This document shows, in pieces, positions 57,677 to 64,000 of a DNA stretch of 64,000 bases. The DNA lies in contig QHUK01000017.1 of assembly GCA_003222085.1 (NCBI GenBank), forward strand, positions 65,928-129,927, written 5' to 3'. The position numbers were made by a program, and so were the translations under genes. Each line of letters begins with the position of its first letter. The first letter of the stretch is position 1. The DNA is from Gemmatimonadota bacterium (GTDB lineage Bacteria > Gemmatimonadota > Gemmatimonadetes > Gemmatimonadales > GWC2-71-9). Below the pieces are notes generated by a model that searched no databases, was not told where the DNA came from, and worked only from the letters and a program-made list of their open reading frames with translations.

Positions 57677-57795
57677 AACGCGGAACGGGAAACGCGGAAC
57701 GCGGAACAGATCGTGCGACCGTCGAGCCGCAGAACCTGCTCCCGGAATCGACCGGGGCCCTGCTGTTCCGCGTTCCGCGTTCCGCGTTCCGAGTT
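57677..57795. repeat. Heptamer-array inverted repeat (GCGGAAC)n / (GTTCCGC)n forming a long hairpin between trpC and trpB
   Basis: The left arm is aaacgcggaacgggaaacgcggaacgcggaacag (57677..57709). The right arm is ctgttccgcgttccgcgttccgcgttccgagtt (57763..57795). The inner 19 bp are perfectly complementary and the loop is about 53 nt. The element starts 5 nt after the trpC stop and ends about 27 nt before the trpB ATG. Confidence 0.75.
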
Positions 57796-57799
57796 CTCA

Positions 57800-58597
57800 T
57801 TACCGACCCCTCCCCGTTCTACGGACCCCCGTCAGCTCCCGCACCGCTGCCTCCGGATCGGCCGTCCGCGCCACCGACGTTCCCACCAGCACCAGGTCCG
57901 CTCCGGCCGTGGCCATCCGTTCCACATCCGCGCGGGTCGCGATCCCGCTCTCGGCGATCACGGGAACGCCGCTCGGGACCGAGGCCACCAGCCGCTGGGC
58001 GCGATCGAGATCCACCGCGAAGGTGGCGAGGTCGCGGCTGTTCACCCCGACGGCGGTCGGAGCCACGGCGAGCGCCAGCTCGAGCTCGCCGGCCGAATGC
58101 ACCTCCACCAGGATTCCCAGCCCCTGGTCGCGCGCGGCGCGCGCCAGCGTTCGCAGGCCGTCGGAAGTCAGCGCGCGGACGATCAAGAGCACGGCACTCG
58201 CCCCCGCAACCCTGGCTTCGTACAGCTGCAGCTCGTCCAGGATGAAATCCTTGCGCAGTACCGGCACGGGCACGGCGCTCGCCACCCGGGCCAGATCGTC
58301 GAGCGAGCCGCCGAAGTGCAGCTCGTCGGTAAGGACAGAGATCGCCACCGCCCCGCCCCGGATGTACGCCCGCGCGTGAGCCACCGGATCGAGGTCCTCC
58401 CGAATCGCGCCCGCAGAGGGCGAGCGGCGCTTCACCTCGGCGATCACGCCGACGTCGCGACCGGGCAGCGCGCGCGCGAACGGGAGCGGCGCCGGCGCGG
58501 CTGCGGCCCGGCGCGCGAGCTCCCGCGCCTGCGTCCGCAGGCTCGCAACGCGGTCGCGGGTGGCCGTGAGAATGGCGTCAAGCCTGGTTTCCGGCAT
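57800..58597 (-). CDS. trpC: Indole-3-glycerol phosphate synthase
   Basis: 265 aa. Contains IAEVKRRSPSAG, ISVLTDELHFGGS, LRKDFI and IAESGI. Confidence 0.9.
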   Translation of the reverse strand: MPETRLDAILTATRDRVASLRTQARELARRAAAAPAPLPFARALPGRDVGVIAEVKRRSPSAGAIREDLDPVAHARAYIRGGAVAISVLTDELHFGGSLDDLARVASAVPVPVLRKDFILDELQLYEARVAGASAVLLIVRALTSDGLRTLARAARDQGLGILVEVHSAGELELALAVAPTAVGVNSRDLATFAVDLDRAQRLVASVPSGVPVIAESGIATRADVERMATAGADLVLVGTSVARTADPEAAVRELTGVRRTGRGR

Positions 58598-58599
58598 GC

Positions 58600-58647
58600 T
58601 TGCGTTCGGTCGATTTTCGGGTAGATTTTGTTTCGGTTTCTCTTCGG
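58600..58647 (+). promoter_or_regulatory. Candidate lexA promoter (TTGCGT-16-TAGATT) with two TTCGG-N6-TTCGG direct-repeat boxes (putative LexA operators)
   Basis: -35 TTGCGT at 58600..58605 and -10 TAGATT at 58622..58627. Box 1 is TTCGG tcgatt TTCGG (58605..58620), inside the spacer. Box 2 is TTCGG tttctc TTCGG (58632..58647), around the predicted +1 and the RBS. Confidence 0.35.
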
Positions 58648-58652
58648 GAGAT

Positions 58653-59264
58653 ATGGTGCCCCTGACCCGCCGTCAGCGCGAAATTCTGGACTTCATTTCG
58701 GCGCAGATCAGCGCGCAGGGATACGCACCGAGCTTCGAGGAGATCGCGGAGCGGTTTTCGTTCCGCTCCCTCGCCACGGTCCATGAGCATCTCACCAATC
58801 TTGAGCGCAAGGGCTACATCCGCCGGGCGCACAACGAGAGTCGCGGCATCGAGGTCGTGCCGCCGCGCGGCCAGACCGGGGCCACCGACCTGCCGCTGCA
58901 CGGCCTGGTCGCGGCCGGCGCGCCGATCGAGGCCGTGAGCGGCCCGGACACCATCGCGGTACCCGACGAGCTGATCCCCCGCCGCGGCCGGAGCTACGTG
59001 CTGAAGGTCCGCGGTCAATCGATGATCGACGAGCACATCAAGGACGGCGACTTCATCGTGGTCCACGAGCGCAACCAGGCCGACAACGGCCAGACGGTGG
59101 TCGCGCTGGTGCACGGCTCGAGCGCCACGGTCAAGCGGTTCTATCGTGAGCCGGGCGGGTGGATCCGGCTCGAGCCGGCGAACCCCACCATGGCGCCGCT
59201 GCGGCTGAACGAGCGCGACGTGATCGTCCAGGGTGTGGTGGTGGGCGTCATTCGAAAATACTAG
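58653..59264 (+). CDS. lexA: LexA repressor (S24 peptidase)
   Basis: ATG at 58653 is preceded by GGGAG. The sequence MVPLTRRQREILDFISAQISAQGYAPSFEEIAERF..SLATVHEHLTNLERKGYI is the winged-helix domain. Cleavage/catalytic motifs are VAAGAP, VRGQSMID (Ser) and ATVKRF (Lys). Confidence 0.9.
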   Translation: MVPLTRRQREILDFISAQISAQGYAPSFEEIAERFSFRSLATVHEHLTNLERKGYIRRAHNESRGIEVVPPRGQTGATDLPLHGLVAAGAPIEAVSGPDTIAVPDELIPRRGRSYVLKVRGQSMIDEHIKDGDFIVVHERNQADNGQTVVALVHGSSATVKRFYREPGGWIRLEPANPTMAPLRLNERDVIVQGVVVGVIRKY

Positions 59265-59266
59265 CC

Positions 59267-59298
59267 GCACAGACGCCGAGACGCGCAGACGCACAGTG
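59267..59298. repeat. Tandem octamer repeat (GCNCAGAC-like) x4 between convergent lexA and trpD
   Basis: gcacagac gccgagac gcgcagac gcacagtg, starting 3 nt after the lexA stop. Confidence 0.55.
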
Positions 59299-59312
59299 AG
59301 GCGCGCACGACC

Positions 59313-60365
59313 TCAAGTCGGACCGGTACTGGTCGTCGCACGACGCAGACGCTCGAGCGCCTCCCTGGCTTTTCCCGACGCGAGCACCTCGCGCGCCCGC
59401 GCGACGCCCTCGGCGTACGAGGTGGCGAGGCCGGCCACGTAGATCGCCGCACCCGCATTGAGGAGCAGCGCGGCCAACCCGGCGGGATCCTGGCGCCCGT
59501 CGCCGAGCAGGCGCTCGATGCGCGCGGCGTTCGCCGGCGGCTCCGCGCCCGATAACCCGGCCAGGTCGTCGACGGCGAGTCCGTGGTCCGCCGGATCGAC
59601 TTCCCACGCATTCACGCGCCCGTTTCGCACTTCCCACACGTCCGTAATGCCCTGGGGCGCGATCTCGTCCATGCCGACCCGGCCGTGGACCACGAGCGCA
59701 TGCTCGGCCCCGAGCCGCGCGAGCGCCCCGGCCATGAGCGGGGCGCGGTCCGCCTCGGCGACCCCCACGACCTGACGGCGCACGCCCGCCGGGTTGGCGA
59801 GCGGTCCCAGCAGGTTCATCACGGACGCGACCGCGAGCTCGCGGCGGACCGGCCCGGCGTGCTTCATGGCGGGATGGAACGTGGGCGCGAACAGAAACGT
59901 GACGCATGCCTCGCGCAGCACCCGTGCGGCGTCGGCCGCGTCGAGGCTGATCCGCACGCCCAGCGCCTCGAGCACGTCGGCGGAGCCGCACTTGGATGTG
60001 AACGATCGGTTGCCGTGCTTCGCCACGACCGCACCGGCGCCCGCGGCGACGAACGCGGCGGCGGTCGAGATATTGAAGGTGGAGACCGCCCCCCCACCGG
60101 TCCCGCAGGTGTCCACGAGGTGCGCGCCGTTCGCCTCCACCCGCACCATGGCGTCGCGCAGCGCGCGGGCGGCGCCCGCCACTTCCTCCGCGGTCTCGCC
60201 TTTCACGCGCAATCCCATCAGCAGGGCCGCCATCTGAGCCGGCGTCGCTTCGCCGCGCATCACGGCCCCGAACACTTCGGTCGTTTGGCGCTCACCCAGG
60301 GACCGACGGTCGGCGAGGGTGGCGATCGCTTGCTGCAGCGGGGAGGGCGCGGACGGGGCCGACAC
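59313..60365 (-). CDS. trpD: Anthranilate phosphoribosyltransferase
   Basis: 350 aa with GTG at 60365. Contains MAALLMGLRVKGET, VDTCGTGGGAVSTFNISTAAAFV, KHGNRS and GPLANP. Confidence 0.9.
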   Translation of the reverse strand: MSAPSAPSPLQQAIATLADRRSLGERQTTEVFGAVMRGEATPAQMAALLMGLRVKGETAEEVAGAARALRDAMVRVEANGAHLVDTCGTGGGAVSTFNISTAAAFVAAGAGAVVAKHGNRSFTSKCGSADVLEALGVRISLDAADAARVLREACVTFLFAPTFHPAMKHAGPVRRELAVASVMNLLGPLANPAGVRRQVVGVAEADRAPLMAGALARLGAEHALVVHGRVGMDEIAPQGITDVWEVRNGRVNAWEVDPADHGLAVDDLAGLSGAEPPANAARIERLLGDGRQDPAGLAALLLNAGAAIYVAGLATSYAEGVARAREVLASGKAREALERLRRATTSTGPT

Positions 60366-60451
60366 GGGGGCTTGGGGCTCGGGAGTTTCGGGCCTGCCAA
60401 AGCTATCCCGAAAAATCGCGTTTTGTCAAATGCCACAACGGGTTGCGTGCC

Positions 60452-60480
60452 TTGATTGACCCCCTGTTTCAGCCTATCTT
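60452..60480 (+). promoter_or_regulatory. Candidate promoter TTGATT-17-TATCTT ending 6 nt before the truA GTG (possible leaderless transcript)
   Basis: TTGATT at 60452..60457, a 17-nt spacer, TATCTT at 60475..60480, and the GTG start at 60487. No SD-like sequence lies in between. Confidence 0.3.
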
Positions 60481-60486
60481 TCGCCC

Positions 60487-61281
60487 GTGACGAGCCGGCC
60501 CTACCTCGCCGTGGCGCAGTACGACGGGGCGCAGTTCGCGGGCTGGCAGCGGCAGCGGGACGCGCGCACGGTGCAGGCGGAATTCGAAGCCGTACTGGAG
60601 CGCCTCATGGGTCGCCGCACCGCGGCGACCGGTGCCGGGCGCACCGATACGGGCGTGCACGCGCTGGGCCAGGGCGTCGGGTTTCTCGCGGATGGGCGCT
60701 GGGCGGAGGACGGGCCCGGGCTGTACCGAGCCCTCAACGCCCTGCTGCCACGGGACATCTGGGTGGAGCGGCTGTGCCCGATGCGACCCGGGTTTCACGC
60801 GCGCAACAGCGCGGTGGCGCGGCGCTACCGCTACGTGATCGGGACCGACGACGCGGCCCGCTCGCCGTTCCGGCGGCCGTACGAATGGGCCTTCGGACGT
60901 CCGCTCGACGTCGCGCGGCTCGCGCGCGCCGCGGAGCTGCTCCCGGGGGAGCACGACTTCCGCGGCCTCGCCGCGACGGGCGCGGGCTCGGGACGACCCC
61001 ACTATCGCAGCCGCGTGGCGCTCGCCCAGTGGGCGCCGCGGACCGACGGAGCGGGGGTGACGTTCACGATCGAGGCCGACCGATTCCTGCATCGGATGGT
61101 GCGCTTTCTCGTAGGCGCGATGGTGGACATCGCCCTGGGCCGGCGCTCCCTCGACGATCTTCCCCGGCTCCTCACCGCGACCGACAACCAGGCGGCCAGC
61201 CCGCCCGCCCCACCGCAAGGGCTCTACCTCGTGGCGGTGCGTTATCCCGCTGACCTCTACGCCGAGGCCTCTAGCCAATGA
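60487..61281 (+). CDS. truA: tRNA pseudouridine(38-40) synthase
   Basis: 264 aa. Contains [18 protein letters not shown], the catalytic Asp motif [14 protein letters not shown], and FLHRMVR. Confidence 0.9.
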   Translation: MTSRPYLAVAQYDGAQFAGWQRQRDARTVQAEFEAVLERLMGRRTAATGAGRTDTGVHALGQGVGFLADGRWAEDGPGLYRALNALLPRDIWVERLCPMRPGFHARNSAVARRYRYVIGTDDAARSPFRRPYEWAFGRPLDVARLARAAELLPGEHDFRGLAATGAGSGRPHYRSRVALAQWAPRTDGAGVTFTIEADRFLHRMVRFLVGAMVDIALGRRSLDDLPRLLTATDNQAASPPAPPQGLYLVAVRYPADLYAEASSQ

Positions 61282-61946
61282 AGTTCTTTCTCGATACCGC
61301 GAGCCTCAAAGACATCAGCTGGGCGGCCCAGGCGGGGTTGATCGATGGCATTACCACCAACCCCTCCCTGCTCGCGAAGCAGGCGGGCGACCTCGATCCC
61401 CGCGACGTCCTCAAGGAGATCTGCTCCCTGGTGGACGGTCCCGTCTCCGCGGAAGTGGTGGCGGTGGACGCCGACGCCATGGTCCGGGAGGGCCAAGCGC
61501 TCGCCAAGATCGCGGACAACATCGTCGTGAAGATTCCGATGCTCGAAGCGGGAATGGTGGCGGTGCGGCGCCTCGCCGAGGCCGGCATCAAGACCAATGT
61601 CACGTTGTGCTTCTCGAGCGTGCAGTGCCTGATCGCCGCGAAGGCGGGCGCGGCCTACGTCAGCCCGTTCATCGGGCGGCTCGACGACGTGGGCCAGGAG
61701 GGGATGGACGTGATCCGCGAGGCGCGGGTGATTTTCGACAACTACCAGATTGCCACCGAGATCCTCGCGGCCTCGATCCGGCATCCGCGACACGTCGTGG
61801 AGGCGGCGATGATCGGCGCCGACGTGGCTACCCTGCCCCCCGACGTCCTGAAGAAGCTGCTGCTGCATCCGCTCACGGATCGCGGGCTGGAGCAGTTTCT
61901 GGCCGACTGGCGCACGTTGGCCGCGCGCGCGAAGGCCTCGGTTTGA
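61278..61946 (+). CDS. Fructose-6-phosphate aldolase / short transaldolase (Tal type 3B)
   Basis: 222 aa. Contains [22 protein letters not shown], the Schiff-base Lys motif IVVKIP, and [14 protein letters not shown] overlap with truA. Confidence 0.9.
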   Translation: MKFFLDTASLKDISWAAQAGLIDGITTNPSLLAKQAGDLDPRDVLKEICSLVDGPVSAEVVAVDADAMVREGQALAKIADNIVVKIPMLEAGMVAVRRLAEAGIKTNVTLCFSSVQCLIAAKAGAAYVSPFIGRLDDVGQEGMDVIREARVIFDNYQIATEILAASIRHPRHVVEAAMIGADVATLPPDVLKKLLLHPLTDRGLEQFLADWRTLAARAKASV

Positions 61947-63376
61947 CGTACAGCTCGCCCCTGTCCCAGCGCTACGCCTCCCCGGCCATGCAGGCCCTGT
62001 GGGGGGAACGACGGCGGATCGGGCTGTGGCGGCGGCTGTGGCTCGCCCTCATGGAGGTCGAGCGGGAGCTGGGCGCGGACATCCCCGAGCGCGCGCTCGC
62101 GGAGCTGCGCGCGCACCTGGACGACGCCGATCTCGAGCGCGTCGCGGAGCACGAGAAGCGGATCCGCCACGACGTGATGGCGCACATCCACCACCTGGGC
62201 GAGCAGGCCCCGACGGCGCGCCCCTTCATCCACCTCGGCGCGACGAGCGCGTACGTCACCGACAACGCCGACCTCATCCTGATGCGCGAAGGGCTCCAGC
62301 TGCTGCTCGGCCGGGTGGCGGCGGTTCTGGTCGCGCTCGCCAAGCCCGCCCGGCGCTACCGCGACGTGGCGTGCCTCGCGTACACGCATTTCCAGCCGGC
62401 TCAGCTCACCACCGTCGGGAAGCGGATCACCCTGTGGATGCAGGAGCTGCTGCTCGACGCCGAGGAGCTCCTGCACCGGCTCGATACGCTGCAGTTCCGT
62501 GGGGTGAAGGGGACCACCGGGACGCAGGCCAGCTTCCTCGAGCTGTTCGATGGCGACGATGAGAAAGTGCGAGAGCTCGACATCCGGGTGGCGCGGCGGA
62601 TGGGCTTTGCGCGGGTGTTTCCGATCACCGGGCAGACCTACACGCGGAAGCTCGACGCCCAGGTGCTCGCGGCGCTGGCGGGGATCGCCCAGTCGGCCGC
62701 CAAGTTCGCCACGGACTTGCGCCTGCTGCAGCACGAGGGCGAGATGCTCGAGCCGTTCGAAAGCGACCAGGTGGGATCGTCCGCCATGGCGTACAAGCGG
62801 AATCCGATGCGCGCCGAGCGGATGACCGGCCTCGCACGCTTCGTCATCGAGCTCGAAGGCAACGCCTGGCACACCGCCGCGGAGCAATGGCTCGAGCGCA
62901 CGCTGGACGACAGCGCCAATCGCCGGCTGGTCATTCCGGAGGCGTTTCTGGCGAGCGACGCGATCCTGGTGCTCGCCACCAACGTGGCTGCGGGGCTCGA
63001 GGTGCGGGAGCCGGTGATCGCACGCCACGTCGCGGCGCAGCTGCCCTTCCTCGCGACCGAGCGTCTCCTGATGCGCGGCGTGAAGGCGGGGGGCGACCGC
63101 CAGCGGCTGCACGAGGTCATCCGCACCCACAGTCTCGCCGTCGCGCAGGCGGTCGCCGAAGACGGGGCGCCGAACGACCTGCTGGAGCGGCTCGCCCGCG
63201 ATCCGGCGTTCAAGGCCCTGAAGATCGCCGTCCGCCCGGAGGAGCTCGATCTCGCGGGCTACATCGGACGCGCGCCGCGCCAGGTGGACGAGTTCCTCGA
63301 CCACGTCCTCCCCGACGTCCTGCACCGTATCGAGGCCGTGGCGCCCGCTGCGGCCGCCGCCGAGGTCACGGTATGA
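61943..63376 (+). CDS. purB: Adenylosuccinate lyase
   Basis: TTG at 61943 ([20 protein letters not shown]...) overlaps the preceding stop. Contains [23 protein letters not shown] and the signature [13 protein letters not shown]. Confidence 0.9.
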   Translation: MTYSSPLSQRYASPAMQALWGERRRIGLWRRLWLALMEVERELGADIPERALAELRAHLDDADLERVAEHEKRIRHDVMAHIHHLGEQAPTARPFIHLGATSAYVTDNADLILMREGLQLLLGRVAAVLVALAKPARRYRDVACLAYTHFQPAQLTTVGKRITLWMQELLLDAEELLHRLDTLQFRGVKGTTGTQASFLELFDGDDEKVRELDIRVARRMGFARVFPITGQTYTRKLDAQVLAALAGIAQSAAKFATDLRLLQHEGEMLEPFESDQVGSSAMAYKRNPMRAERMTGLARFVIELEGNAWHTAAEQWLERTLDDSANRRLVIPEAFLASDAILVLATNVAAGLEVREPVIARHVAAQLPFLATERLLMRGVKAGGDRQRLHEVIRTHSLAVAQAVAEDGAPNDLLERLARDPAFKALKIAVRPEELDLAGYIGRAPRQVDEFLDHVLPDVLHRIEAVAPAAAAAEVTV

Positions 63377-64000
63377 CGATCCCGCTCGTCGCCAGCACCC
63401 TTCCCCTCCCGCTCGTCCGCCGCGGCAAAGTCCGCGAGGTCTACGAGGTCGACGCCGAGACGCTGCTGCTCGTGGCGAGTGACCGGGTGAGCGCGTTCGA
63501 CGTGGTCCTGCGGGAGCCCGTTCCCCACAAGGGCGCGGTGCTGACCCAGCTGAGCGCGTTCTGGTTCGAGCGCCTCGCGACGGTGATCTCGAGCCACTTT
63601 CTCTCCGCCGATGCCGACGAGATCGTGGCGCGGATTCCGGCGCTCAGCGACCATCGTTCGGCCCTGACGGGCCGGGCCATGCTGGTCCGCCGCACCACGC
63701 CGGTGCCGTTCGAGTGCGTCGTGCGCGGCTACATCACCGGGTCGGCGTGGGCCGAATACCGGAAGTCCGGCACGCTCGCGGGTGAGCCGCTGGCGCCGGG
63801 ACTGGTCGAGAGTGCTCGGCTCGACCCGCCGATCTTCTCGCCCGCGACCAAAGCCGACGTGGGCCACGACGAGAACGTGACCTTCACTCACGTCGTCAAA
63901 GCGCTCGGCCGTTCCCTCGGCGAGCAGCTGAAACGTGCGAGCCTGGGCCTGTACGAGGCGGGCCGCGGCTACGCGGCGCCGCGGGGGATCATCATCGCCG
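63373..64000 (+). CDS. purC: Phosphoribosylaminoimidazole-succinocarboxamide (SAICAR) synthase, 5' fragment (runs off window end)
   Basis: ATG at 63373 forms an ATGA overlap with purB. Contains RRGKVREVYEVDAETLLLVASDRVSAFDVVL and ECVVRGYITGSAW. Confidence 0.9.
   Translation, partial: MTIPLVASTLPLPLVRRGKVREVYEVDAETLLLVASDRVSAFDVVLREPVPHKGAVLTQLSAFWFERLATVISSHFLSADADEIVARIPALSDHRSALTGRAMLVRRTTPVPFECVVRGYITGSAWAEYRKSGTLAGEPLAPGLVESARLDPPIFSPATKADVGHDENVTFTHVVKALGRSLGEQLKRASLGLYEAGRGYAAPRGIIIA

Overview
This is a very GC-rich bacterial chromosomal segment with strong G/C bias at third codon positions. It is densely packed, and I can support about 60 protein-coding genes. Most are on the minus strand, and many are joined by 1-8 nt stop/start overlaps (ATGA, GTGA, TGATG). 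By eye I found no rRNA, tRNA, CRISPR array, transposase, integrase or prophage genes, so this looks like core chromosome rather than an accessory island.

Content from left to right:
- RNase G/E fragment, secreted prolyl oligopeptidase, acyl-CoA dehydrogenase.
- A tightly coupled six-gene serine-cycle-type operon: sga, mcl, mtkA, mtkB, a hydroxypyruvate-reductase-like dehydrogenase, and ppc.
- A short RecQ-type helicase, a zinc-ribbon protein and an atypical GroES-like protein.
- A polytopic membrane protein paired with a vWA lipoprotein.
- A bacilliredoxin-family gene whose 3' end is replaced by a repeat element.
- An OmpR/HK two-component pair convergent with a czcCBA-like RND efflux operon.
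- A long minus-strand array: MeaB, methylmalonyl-CoA mutase large subunit, an aeRF1-like protein, the mutase B12 subunit, an MCC/Atu-type carboxyltransferase, an S8 lipoprotein peptidase, a split AtuA, an enoyl-CoA hydratase, a small membrane protein and a B12/radical-SAM protein.
- Then corC x2, ybeY, pgpH, phoH, aspS, ptsN, followed by rlmN.
- A second array: lytR_C, yqeK, panC, DUF711, panB, folK, a GAF-MCP, trpA, HD-GYP, a HEAT protein, trpB, trpC.
- lexA (opposite strand), trpD, then truA, fsa/tal, purB and a purC fragment.

Most interesting observations:
1. The radical-SAM ORF stops at a TGA that reads ...C-TGA-A-E-P. This matches the CUAEP selenocysteine tail, and a hairpin sits just downstream.
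2. An aeRF1/Pelota-like gene is wedged between the two methylmalonyl-CoA mutase subunits.
3. A family of hairpin elements is built from 10-nt-phased NNGGKGRAGG units, each carrying an SD-like GGAGG. These elements invade three coding sequences.
4. trpB and trpA are separated by translationally coupled HEAT and HD-GYP signalling genes that share an N-terminal domain.
5. The serine-cycle operon itself.
6. A candidate direct-repeat LexA operator.

All coordinates were derived by hand from the sequence and ORF track. Start codons are the least certain part.
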